Below are positions 12,854 through 25,400 of a stretch of DNA of 64,000 nucleotides, piece after piece. The position numbers were made by a program, and so were the translations under genes. The DNA is taken from contig CAJINV010000005.1 in NCBI GenBank assembly GCA_905178155.1, positions 7,370,989 through 7,434,988 on the forward strand, read 5' to 3'. Source of the stretch: Amoebophrya sp. A120. Its lineage: Eukaryota; Protista; Dinoflagellata. Within the stretch, counting starts at the first letter, position 1, and each line of letters opens with the position of its first letter. The notes under the pieces were generated by a model. It was not told where the DNA came from, made no database searches, and saw nothing but the letters and a program-made list of their open reading frames with translations.

Positions 12854-15800
12854 ATGAGTGCTCGCACTGCAGCTTCATCCGCCGGCGCAGGTGCCAGCAG
12901 CGCAAAAATGTGGCATTATTGCTCTACAAAATCGTCCAACAGAAATAAATCACTTCTGAAAACGCTCCCGGTGAATCTGCAAAGGCAGGTGATGAGAGAC
13001 GTGTTGCGAAATAAACAAGTGGAATTTGCAGGAACAACACCGATATGCAATGCAAAAGCATCGTACTAGTGTAAATTGCAATACAAATTGGCTCAGCATT
13101 ACAAATTAAATTTGTAATGCGGATCTACCTTAAAAAAATTTGTAATGCATGCATAACTCCAATTACCATTAGTACGAGTACGATACTTTTGCAATGCATA
13201 ACCGAGTTGCAGTACAACGCGCAATATCAAATGGAAATATGTCTGGGTCTGGAAAGTTGGAACTTGTAATGCGTGTCTCTCATCTCAGGAAAATCTGTGG
13301 TGCATGAGCAGCAAATGGGCAGCTTTTCTTGTCATGCAAAAACGCAATTTGTATTTGTCATGCGTGTTAGGTATCAGGAGTCGGTTCGAAAGCTTGTCAT
13401 GCTTGGCTGCCATTGCAAGTGTTGCAATCATGCGCAAGTCAGCATCACAGATTTCCAGACCGAGACACATTTGCAGTTGACACGCAACACAAATTATGTT
13501 GCCACAGGTCGTGGACCAGCCGCGTCCGTTCTCCTGTCCGGACCGCTTGTGGTATGAGAGTGCACAATCACCCCCCTCCCCCTCATTTGTATGGCATGAA
13601 CAGCAATACAAACACGAGGAACAAATGGAGCCTGTGCATGACAAGTTTATGTGCCTAATGTGGTACTAGTATTTTTCTGGCTTCCGGTTCCGTAATTTGT
13701 GATGCACAATAGTGTCACAAGGGAACAACTGGAGTTGCGATTTTGCATGAGAGATGAGGACGAGGGGGAGTTCTTGTGCACTGTCATATGTGGACGAAGA
13801 AAGCCGGTTGCCCTCGCGGGTAACCCTGCAGGAGGCAAACTCCTTACAGGCTATCGAGAACGAATGGCGCATGGAATCACTATCCTGGGCCAGTAGCAGC
13901 GGCAAAATATCAAAGGCGATGAGTTCATCTTTGGGAGGAGCAAGAACTTCTTCATCTTCACAGTTGTGCACAACAAGTTCCAGCGTCGACCACGTCGAAG
14001 ATCATGCACAACGCCCGACCCTCTACCAGCAGCTCAACCACAATGGCAAGCAATTCCGCCCCAGTATCCCGCTCACGCGCGCCCAGGAAACGCAGCTCAT
14101 CGTGGACATTTTTCCCAACGAGTGCCCCTCCTTCCTGGAGAAGCGCAAGCGGTGCCACAAGCACCTGTGGGTTTGTTTGAAGCGCAGGCGGTTCCGGGAG
14201 TGTGCCTTCATCCTGGAGCAAATGCAGCTCCGGCAAATATGCATCGCAAAAGGATCACACTCGTACTGAAAATTCTTGCAATCGTGATGCATTGCAGACC
14301 TTTTTCTTAAGGTAAAAAAATGCTAAGGAAAGTTGTCATGCGAATCTTACTAGTGTAGTACAAGTACAAGTACGATACTTTTGCAATGCATAGCAGATTC
14401 CTTTCGACGAAATCAGCTATAATTTCGCGATTTACCTGCAGCTTTTGAACTATTCCTGCGTCGAACAGAATGTCTGTAGCTCCGAGCCGTCGTCAGCGCG
14501 CGGAACAGGAGCACCAGGTAGTACAACGAAAAGCGCACTATCAACAACGTCGATGCCCCCAAAGCGCCCGTCCTACGCCTCGCGGTTGAATCGGAACGAG
14601 TCGTCTGTCATTGACGCGAAAAACCATTTGCTACTGGAAAATATCGCACGAACAAAGTGTTTCACTGTAACGATTTTGCAAGTCCTGGATCACAAGTTCG
14701 TTACACATGACAAAGAAAATTTGCCATGCGAGACTCCTAAAATAAAAGGGAAAACACGGCTGAAAATCCCTTGTCTTGGTTGTATGTGTAGCAAGACAAA
14801 TGCTTCTGTGTTCCATTTTTTGCATCACAAGTTTACACTGCAGAAACAGTTTTTTCTTTCGATAGAAAACCGCAGGAAAGCGGTAGCGAATTCCTTCGCG
14901 TTTCTCACCCAGATGCGGTCGGAAAACATCTACCACTATCCTCTGCAAAAGTATCGTACTCGTAGTAATTGCAGTCATGCATTACAAATCTTTTTCTTGA
15001 GGCAAATGCGCATTACGAATTCCATATCTGATGCTAAGAAAATTTGTAATGCAATTTATCCTAGTATGATGCTTTTGCAGTTCATAACCACCCAACGCTG
15101 CTGATATCCGACGCTGCAGAAGTCCTCTCGCTGCACCCGCTATACTAATTACTGATAAAAGAATTCTGATTGACAAAACTCAAATTGCCAAGTCCTCGTC
15201 GGACCAGCACGGCAAGCAAACTCCACCTTTCATGTTGCTGCGCAGATTTCTTTTTATGAATATGCGATCTGTATATTAACCTGTAATGAGGTAGAGGTGC
15301 TCCTTTTGCAACCATGCATAGCTGAGGCTGCACGCGAATTTTCTGAGCGCCTACGAAGAGTTGGTGTGTGTGAACGCATATGCTTTGCAAGAGTATCGTA
15401 CTCGTACTCATTGCAGTCATGCACTACAAACCTTTTTCTTAAGGTAAATCCGCTTGACAAATTCCATTCCTCATGCTGAGGAAATTTGTCATGCGATTTG
15501 TGCTAGTACGATGCTTTTGCAGTTCATAACGCGACCCCGAACGAGGAAAACTTACGCAAGGTGGTGAAATATCAACTGCAAAAATGTCTGGGTCTGGAAG
15601 AATGCAAGTTTGTCATGCTTGTCTGGCATGACTCGAGAATCTGTGTTGCATAGGCACGAAGAGGCCCTCTTACCTGTCATGCAAAAACGCAGTTTGCCAT
15701 GCGGAATACGTAAGACATGGGAGCCAAAAAATTTGTCATGCATAGCTGCGTATTGCAGTGCGTCTCCCTTTCACTTTTAGCATTACAAGTTTCCAGACCC

Positions 15801-17362
15801 AGACATTTTTGCAATCCATATGAAAACTTTCTGGGAGATAGCGCTCTCGTTCAAAAAGAGGCGGATCCGAGCGCTGAAGGTATGAACTGCAAAAGTATCG
15901 TACTCGTATAAATGCATTACAAATTTCCTCCGCATGAGAAAGAAAATTTGTAATGCGGATTGACCTTAAGCAAAGGATTTGTAATGCATGATTGCAATAC
16001 GAGTACGATACTTTTGCACAGGATAGAAGGAGAGAATTCGCAACGGAGAATGCGCGGATATGGCATTCTCAACTGTTACATTCTTCACTGAAGCATGAAT
16101 TTGCGATGCAAGAACCGCAAAAGCCAAAGGGGGAAGGTTGCACCTGTTCCTTTAGGTGCTGCCTAGCCCTTCGCAGATTTGTCATGTGAAGCAGCTTGAT
16201 CGTGTGCATGATGTTGGGAAATTTTGCATTACAAATGTTTGTAATGCTTGAGAATGTAACGTTTGAAAACCCCATAACGGGCGAGGTGCGGGAAAGGGTG
16301 GGTCTAGTAGACCACGACGAGATATGCAAGGCAAAAGCATCGCGCTAGTAGGAATCGCACCACAAATTCGGTCAGCATGACAAATGGAATTTGTCATGCT
16401 GTTTTGCCTTGGGATGGAGATTTGTAAATGCATGTCTGCAATTACTACGAGTGCGATGCTTTTGCACAGGATACGAGACGGCACAGACCCAGGAGACTCT
16501 CAAGGCGCAAACTTCGTGGAGTAGCAGCGTCGAAGCTGCTGGACGGCGCACAGGAAGTCATAGTACTTCCGAGCCAGAGGAGGTTGTAGCAGGACTTCGG
16601 GGCGGGGTTGTACTACGGAAGCCAGCAATCTTGTTGGATAGCAAAGTCGTGTCTCCTCTTCACTCCAGCAGTGCTGACGGTGGCGGAAATGGGCATCAAC
16701 AATGCGCCAAGATGAACGCGTCCTCCGCCGCCACGGATCATCTTGATTTCGGGCGGTCGTTGTTCCCTGGAGTTGGTAAAGACCCGGACGGCGAGGTCGA
16801 AGCAGCTGACCACGACGAGCAGGATCGAAGTGAGTCGGCTGATGAATCCTTCAGCGAAAAAAGAACTGGCGATGAACAAATTTTCTCGGTTATCCTATGT
16901 AAAAACGTCCCCACGCACGTCATATTCAAGCTGGGAAGTCTGCAACACAAATCCCCAACTTTTGGGAGTTCTCCATGACAAGTTTCGATCTGCAGTGTAG
17001 TGCTGGGTAGCAAGGAAAGCCGCACGAGAAAGCCACTTTCTCATCCTGTTTACAGCATTACAAGTGCCAAAACTACACGACTGGAAACGCGTCTCATGGA
17101 GATGCGCATTACAAATGTTTCTGTCATTGCGCATTTGCATGACAACGCTGGGGTGGGAACGTTTTTACATATGATATCGGCCTCATGGTTGTCCACGTCC
17201 GCCACACCACGCCCCGGCGACGCATATCTGACAGAAGACGCGGGTAGTTGTACCATCGCAGGCATGAGGATGAGCTCAACCTCAACAGCAGCCGTCTGCA
17301 GAAGGGGAAAAGTGGTCTTGTCAAAGGAGACGGGAAAATTGGAATACCAAATTATTTCTTGA
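12854..17362 (+). CDS. Hypothetical protein with PPR-like helical repeats, ~615 aa, 13 introner introns
   Basis: In frame after element removal (1848 nt). RRRFRECAFILEQMQLRQIPFDEISYNFAI resembles a PPR motif, as does AFAFLTQMRSENI-type sequence. Confidence 0.7.
13044..13200. mobile_element. Introner family B
   Basis: TSD ACCGA. Confidence 0.92.
13225..13482. mobile_element. Introner family A
   Basis: TSD CGCAA; right end ACA variant. Confidence 0.9.
13553..13788. mobile_element. Introner family E (TIR TATGA(A/G)AGTGCACAA..CCCC)
   Basis: TSD TGTGG. Confidence 0.92.
14238..14392. mobile_element. Introner family B
   Basis: TSD GCAAA/GCAGA. Confidence 0.88.
14642..14864. mobile_element. Introner family H (TIR TATC(A/G)CA.GAAAAA.GTGTT)
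   Basis: TSD GAAAA. Confidence 0.88.
14937..15086. mobile_element. Introner family B
   Basis: TSD ACCAC. Confidence 0.92.
15105..15320. mobile_element. Introner, singleton family
   Basis: TATCCG...TGCATA; TSD GCTGA; frame HPTLL-RLHANF. Confidence 0.82.
15379..15528. mobile_element. Introner family B
   Basis: TSD ACGCA/ACGCG. Confidence 0.9.
15570..15820. mobile_element. Introner family A
   Basis: TSD TGAAA. Confidence 0.92.
15881..16025. mobile_element. Introner family B
   Basis: TSD GAAGG. Confidence 0.92.
16059..16276. mobile_element. Introner family F (TIR TATGGCGTTCTCAA..GTTACATTCT)
   Basis: TSD GCGGA/ACGGG. Confidence 0.88.
16323..16473. mobile_element. Introner family B
   Basis: TSD CGAGA. 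Confidence 0.92.
16891..17176. mobile_element. Introner family D
   Basis: TSD TCGGT/TCGGC. Confidence 0.9.
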
Positions 17363-19441
17363 CAAAAAATATAATGCGCCGGTTTTATGCTATGCAAAAA
17401 TGTCTGCTGATCGTTTCCGTCAACTACATAATTGTGTATGACAAGAAGAAAGCGAACAAAAGCGCATTTTTTTCTTCGTAAAAAAGAAGGAAGCATCAGC
17501 TTAGCCTACTGCCTCCCGAAGGCTGCAAAAAGCTAAAGCATCGCCATCGGTTTGTTTGCTCGTTCGTTCGCCTCCAACATCGCAGCAACGTCTTATTTCG
17601 ATTCGGTTTCTGCTCTTTTTGCAGAATTTCCACAAATAAAGTAGATTGTGAACTGAGCTGGCCAGCACACGACCGGATTTTTGATCGATGTAGTCGGTTG
17701 TCTGCACCAGCCAAGGATTTATTTTGTCGGTCGTTGTAGAAGTTGTACTCCGCCAAATTATGTATTCTGTGTGGTCCGTCACCGTCTCTCGATGTCGGTA
17801 GATTTTTCATTTCGTACAACAAGCTGCAAAGAGAAAGAGGACGCGCATGGAAGTATGCACTTTTTGTCGTTCATCTCCCGACGTACTACAATGCCGGATT
17901 TTCATCGTTCACTCATTGTCATTTCGGTCGTTCAGCTGCATTCAATTCGGTAGTACTACCGTACAAATTTGCGTACTATAATCGTGCAAGTTGTTATTCG
18001 TCGTGACGAGGAATTCTATATACAGATGTGGTGGCGGAGGTGGCCTGATGACTGAGTAAAAAAGCGTCTGGTGCAGCTTCACGGTGTACTACAATCGAAG
18101 GCAATTGCCTGCATGTGCATGCAGCCATGCACATACTTGCTTCCCTTTGCCTTTGCGCTTTTAGCTCTTGCGCCCGAGATTCAGTACGAGTATTGAAGTA
18201 GACAGGTGGTCGTGCAGCTCATCAGGCACTGCTGGTTGTACTAGTGGAAGCTAGTGGGAAAAACCTACAACTTCTAGTAGTAGTAACTCTAGGTGGACGA
18301 GTGGACCATAATGTATGATGCGCACAACTACCACTTTAACACCCAAGTAGAGTCACAAGCTGGACTTCTGAAATTAGTCGCCCAGTGCACGACGTGCACA
18401 AAAAAGGACGCGCGCTAGTTGTGCCTTTTGAAGAAGCAACGGAAATATAATAGACTTGAAGATGGCAGTAATCAGTCAGGACACCTTCGCCGCTTGCTGT
18501 AGCAAGCCCTGCGGCAGACGATGGCGAAACGATCACAAAATCAGCTGCTGCCACGAAATTCGATGCATTGAATACCAATCGTCGTGCTGATATAGACACT
18601 GTCGGTGAAGAAAAGTGATGCTGATAAAAAACGCTCCATCTCTATCCCCCCACTTTCCCACTCAGGATCCCATTTAACTATGTTGTATCTCGATATTTCT
18701 GAAGATTTTGGTTTTTTCTATTTGATTTCCTGCGCATATACTTTCTACATTTTGTTCAACACGGCGAGACTACTAAGACAACTAGAGTTGTGAAGATGTT
18801 ATGAGTTTATAATTTTCATCCCGGAGTAGATCAAATAATTAGCCTTGGTGTGTCATTTATTTTCGCAGTCGCAGTGCCACCACCATCACGACCATCAACC
18901 CGAACGTAACAACCTGAACTCGCGCTCGCCAGCACCGAAAACGACCAACGGAGCAGCATAAGAATCTCGATCTCTCCAATAATCACAGTACAACGACAGG
19001 ACCTCCGCAGCTTGTACGACACTGCTCGGAGAGCAGTGCACAAGAAATATAAGTGGAATCCCTGACGCGGGGAAGAAATCACGTCCTCGTGCGGATTCAT
19101 CACGGTGGAGTCGCAACTACAAGTTGTGGCCCTCGATGCGTGACAACGAAGTAGAACACCTGCAACTTCCACGTCGCAAATCCACTACGTTGTCCATCCA
19201 ACTTCGAAAAGTTTATGATGCGGGCTCGGAGATGAGGATGAAGTTGAACATGAAGATGAAGAACCAGTGGCAGGAACATCAAGAACATGTGGACCACGGT
19301 CGTGGCCTAATTCGCGGTTCTTGGTAGACGAGAGTGAGAAGTGTACTGGGTTGTTCTGCAAACAAAACCTTTAATTATTCTATCTCCTGATATGTTCACC
19401 ATCTCCTCCTCGTCGACCACAAGTTTAGTACACTACAAAGT

Positions 19442-22400
19442 ATGTCGGCCTCCTTCCCGAAACCGAATCGCAGCAAAGGACACCCGCCTCAGGTGCACAA
19501 CTTTTACCCAGGCACGGTGCTGGGTGGTGGAACAGCGCCACCACCACACGGTGCCGGGTCCACCCCAACATCGGGGAACAACACTATAGCTTCACCGAAA
19601 ACATCAATAATATTGGGCGAAGGTGTAGTAGGTGTTGGTCCTGGTCCTGGTCAGAAGCAGAAGACGGCTGAAAAATTATCGAAGCAGGTCGCGAACATCA
19701 AACAAGGTGAAAACAAGAAGAGGAACCTAGCCGCCAGTAGCACGGCGTCTTTCCCGTCTTCTGCTTTTCCCGAAGTAAATCAAGCTCAAGCTTCTTCATC
19801 CGAAATAAGTAGGTCAGAGTACAACAACATCAACTCGAACGCGATAATATCCGGCAGCAACTACAACAACAGCATCGGCCAGCAGGTGCCACCGAGCCAA
19901 TCATCGTACGGAGCAGGAGCTAGCTCGTCTATTGTCTATGGCCCGCCGTCTAGTCAACATTCTGGCGTCGGAGTAGGAGGTGGTCCAGCGGGGGCTCCAC
20001 CTATAATTCTTGCGGGCTACGATTCCAATATAAGTAGTTACGGGCGGCGGGCGGGGCAGGAACACCACAAGAGCGGCAGCATGAACAAACGAACGGTAAA
20101 CTACAAAGGAGGTACGAGTACTACGACTAGCGCAGGAGCAGGAACAACTACTACAACATCGGGCGGCGGGTTACTGCAAAAGGCCTCAACAGGCGACTTC
20201 GGTTCTTCGTCTTCAGGAATAAACAAAAGCGCGCCTTCTTTACCTTCTTCGTCCGCGGTGGCTGCTAGTACAACTGGAGACACTGGGTCGTCGGAATTTA
20301 TTATGTCAACTGGCGTAGTTGGTCCAGCTCCAGCGAACCTTCACAACTACAACGGCGCAAGCGGCCCCAGTATGATATTAACGACAGCAGCACCACAGCA
20401 AGACCAAAGATATTACAACTACAGTGGCACGACAAACAGCGACAAGACAGCAGCCGCCAGGCAGTCGGCTGCGCAGAGCACGGGAGCCGCGAGTTGGTCT
20501 TATCACGGAGGGGTTCATACAGCTTATGACGAGAATGAGGACGCTGCTGGAGAACAAGATCTAGAGGACAAGCAGCAATCTGGACTTGTGTTCTACAGTA
20601 CTGCGAACGATCAGACTAGTAACACACAACTAGGGCCATCTCTATCAACTACAGACCATCTGCACAACATCTCGTCCGGGTTGGCAAAAAATTCCTCTAG
20701 AATAGACAACAACTTTCAGCTTGTTCACAATTTATCCGCCGAGCAGGAACAAACAGCGCAAGATGAACCACAGCTGTTGATGATTCCCGAGCCCTCTACC
20801 GCTCCCTACTCGCAGTGGGGGGATAATTTCGATCTTCTTCACGACAGGGACACGACGAATAACAGTAGTGGGATCTACTCAACATCTGGACGACCAGAAG
20901 CCTTGATGTTGTCCTCGGCCACGTCGAGCGCGGCTTTTTACCCGGCGGCGAATCATGTGCAGCAGCATGTGCTGGTAAAGAAGCAATTTCAACATCCTGC
21001 AGCAGGAGCTGTGCCCGGAGGTGGAGTGGGAGCTGCTACTGGTACTGCTCCTGCCGGTAATTTCGCGTACCACTACGGACCGCCGTCTTCCCCCATGTCC
21101 ATGAATTACACAGCGCTGCAGCAACAACGGCATCTTCGTGCTGCAGGAACTTCTTTTACCGCTGGCAAAAAGCTGAAGCAGACGAGATTCAACAACTATT
21201 CCGTCGCCAGCGCCCTATCCGCGGCCGGGGAGGGGAGTGTGAGCGAAGAAAGCCTGCTGAATGGGGTCGCTGTGCCTTCCTCTCCCTCCGGCGAGCAGAT
21301 GATGATGTTGAGGGGACAGAATAATTACAACAATCATGCGCCACAGACCGCGACGAGTCCTCAGAGTGGTCCTCGTTCTACGAACAAAAGCCAAAACTCC
21401 ACCATCCCCTCGAGTCTGAGCATATCAAATGCAAAAATGTCTGGGTCTGGAAGAGCAAGAGTCCGAAATTTCCTATGCTGTTTTTGCATGACACAGAATG
21501 TCTGTCATGGAAGCCCTAGCATTACAGATCTTTAGAGGCCTTCCTGATACCTATTCCCCATGACAAATGCCCTCCACGCGTAGCACAAACCGGACTCCTT
21601 TTGCTGGTCATGCAATACAGAACTTTTTAGAGTCCAAAGTTAGCATCACAAGTTCCAACCTTCCAGACCCAGACATTTTTTGCAATGCATAGAGCAGCGG
21701 GCAGAGCAATCTGGCGTCGGGAGCCAGCAGTGGTGCGCCGACCTCCGGGGCAGCTGGTGCACGGGGAGGACAACATCGTCTACACCAGAAACAAGTTTTT
21801 CCCACCAACGGCCCTGATTTGTTCGGACTGAACAACTCGCAGCCGCAGACCGGGGGACACCAGTTTTCCGCCAAGGCGCTGCGGCATTTTTACGACATAT
21901 CAAGTGCAAACATTTCTGGGTCTGGAAGAGTGGAACTTGTAATGCTGTCTGCGGATTCTATGAATATTTGTGTTGCAGCATGAGCAGCAAGAGGAGTCCA
22001 GTTCTTGGCCCGCGGAGCGGGCATTTCTCATGCGCAATTAGCATCAAGAAGCTCTCAAAAAATCTGTAATGCTAGCGCCAGCATCACGGACCTCACGGGT
22101 CATGCAAAATGTGCATGACAAGCCACGACTCTTCCAGACCCAGACATTTTTGCATTTGATACGACACGTGGGGAGACAAAATCCTGTTCAGCCAAAATTC
22201 CGGGTACAACGAGCGGAACCAGTATTTGCTACTGCAGACCATGTATGCATTGCAAAAGTAACGTTCTTACTAGTATAAATTGCAATACAAATTCCATCAG
22301 CATGAGAAATAAAATTTGTCATGCGGATTCACTTTAAGAAAGAAACTTGTAATGTATGACTGCAATTAGATACTACGAATACGATACTTTTGCACAGGAT

Positions 22401-25400
22401 ACCATGTACCCGTCCAACCTTCTGAAATCCCCGCAGTTTTCCCAGAACACGCCCTTCTCCGGGCTGGCGCAGTGGTACATGAACGCGGATATGCCGGCGG
22501 CGTTCGACGGAACTAACGCGAGCTCGATGCGGATTACGGTGGAGCTCCTTCACCACATGCGATTCTCGCAGGAGCTCCTGGTCTCCAAACAGGCGGTGTA
22601 TGAGAAGTTGAACGAACTAGAGCGATTGTCGAAGCTGCGGAACTATGGATTGCAAATATGTCTGGGTCTGGAAGAGTGCAAGTTTGTCATGCTTGTCTGG
22701 CATGACAGAAGAGTTTGTGATGCGTGTCGAAGAAGAGACCCTCTTGTTGCTTGTCATGCAATAAAACGCAACTTGTCACACGGAAAGCGCAACACTAAGC
22801 AGCGCAAATATTTTTCATGCTTGGCTGTGCATTGCAGAGCATTCACTATTCACAACTCAGCATTACAAGTTTCCAGACCCAGACATATTTGCATTTGATA
22901 GCAACTACGGGTACTGGCGCGAACCCATCGCACTGGAGCCGTGGATGCTCCGTGGGGTGGATTTCGATGTCAAAAACGCCGCCTTAATGCCCAAGTACGA
23001 CCGGGACTACACGAACATCAATCGAACGTCCGTCCAGCTTTTCTACATGGTCTCCCAGATCCTCCGCACGGAGTTTCTGAAGGTTGCGGAGCCGAGCTCA
23101 GGGGATATCTTGGAAGCGGCGCGGCACGTCATCGAAAATCCGGACGCGCTGAACCAGCAACAGCTGAAGCTCGCGACGAAAAAGGCGCAACCAATGATCG
23201 GGGCCTTATTGAACAAACAGTGGATGCGACTCGACCCCCTCTGGCAGCTGCAGTGCTACCATTTTTACAGCTCTCTGCCCACGACGGACAAGATCAAGCA
23301 GCTGAAACGGGAGAACAAATGCACTGAAGAAGACCAGTGGAGAAAAGCGCACCGGTGGCGCATGTTGACCTCCTGTGTCTACAAGTGCGTGAACAACGCG
23401 GATTTCCGGTTGAACGACTTGCAGCAGTGCGGCATCATCGAAGCTCTGGCGCGGGAAACGCAGCTGCCCGGGGAAGGGGAGGCGCTGGCGCAAGAGTTCA
23501 ACCGCTATTATAACAGGAATAGTGCAGGGGGTGATGCTGGTGATCATTATGACCACCAGCAGTATGCGACGAAATCTAGGCAGTCTATGTTCCGGAAGAT
23601 GATGCAATTCAGAATCTCGCCGCAACAGGTAGCGGCAGGTGGTACGACGACGACTTATGGAAACAAAGGTGGCGGCGCTGGTGCTGCAACTTCAGACCCG
23701 ACGTCGAAAAAGGTCTACAACATCATCTCCATTGATGATTTTTACAAGGCGGCTTGTTCCGCGTCCCGGCTCACCGACGCGTTTGAAGCGGGCGCCAATC
23801 GGAGTCGCATCCACAAAATGATGGCTTTGTCGGAGAAAGAGCTGAAGACGTCCATGAAGTACTCCATGCAGCAGCAGCAGTACATTCACCAAACTTCTTC
23901 CAACAGCTACAACCCGAAGCACGAGTGCAAGTTCTTGTCAGACGGCGGAGCGTCCACGCCGGACCACGGCAAAGCTCTCTTCGACAGCGTGCAAATCCTC
24001 ACGTACGACGCCGAGTCTAACCGCGTGAATTTAAACCCGATTTTCGGCGACGCGCTGGGTGCGGGTTGCGACAACAACCTCCAGATCAACAACTTCCAGG
24101 TGTTACGGCTCTATAACAGCAGCTCTGCGCTGACAAATGCCGCTGATTCTTCCCTGCACCAAAACGAGAAACTGTTCGTCTCTTTCGTGTATCAAATGTA
24201 AAAATGTCTGGGTCTGGAAACTTGTGATGCAGGGTGGGGTCTCATGATGAGGCCACAATTGCTGGCCCAGCATGACATGTTCCTGAGCTTCTACGTGTTG
24301 CCTATTCTGCATGACAAACTGCGTTTCTGCATCACAGAAAAGTGGGGCTCTTGGGTAACGTGCATGACAGATTTAAGAGTCATGCCAGACAAGCATGACA
24401 AACATGCATTCTTCCAGACCCAGACATTTTTGCATTTGATATCGTGACGGTCCGCGACCAGGCCCCGCCGGAGGGGTGTGGGATGTGGTATTACGTCACT
24501 TACTATCAAATGCAGATATGTCTGAGTCTGGATGAGAATGGAAATGTTTGTCATGCGTTTTGTGAATGACACAGATGGTCTTTAATGCGCGCAACAGCAT
24601 TACAGGTTTTGCGCAGGCCTTTTGATGCCTGTTTCGCATGAGAAATTTCCTGCTTGCGTAGCAAAAGACGGGCAGCTTTTGGCGTTCAAGCAACACAAAT
24701 TCATGGGTTGTCCAGACCATGCATCACAAGTTGGAACTCGTCTTCCAGACACAGACATGTTTGCGGTTGATACTTACGTCTGGGTGATGCAGCACCGGCT
24801 AATCCAGAAATTCATGAAGTGGGTGGGGCAATCGCCGATCCGCTGCTGTCCGCTGAGCTCGCGACAGCGGACGGTGAATAACGTATTTGTCTATGGGCTG
24901 AGCGGGCTCTTGACGTTAGGAGAGATCACCGGCATTCTGTTCGGGCTGTACTTCATGTTTCAAGAGTGCATGCCCGAGGCAGAGGCCTTGGAGGCGTGGC
25001 TGATCGTGATTTACATCGTGTCCGGTTTGGCGGTGTTGACCGGCATCATGGTGGTTTCCTTCTGTCTAGTCAGCCGAAGAGGCGGGATGCACTCCAGTGA
25101 CCCGGTGACCCAAATGATCGACGTGCTGTATTCTGGTAGTCAGTTCGGCTTCAAAATGGTCGCGAACTCGGATGCGATCGCCGCCGCAATTCGCTTAACG
25201 CACAAGTACCACGGGATGCAAAACATGATGGATTCTCATCTCTCGATCGAGAACTCGGAGTTGCTCGGAATCGATCCCCGCAGGCCGAACCCGTATTGGG
25301 TGGAAGCGATCTTCAACCCAATCACCGGCTTTTTCGAGTGCGAATTCGAGTATGACGGGAAAATCTCCACGTTCGCCTTCTGGCCGACGCTAACGGGATA

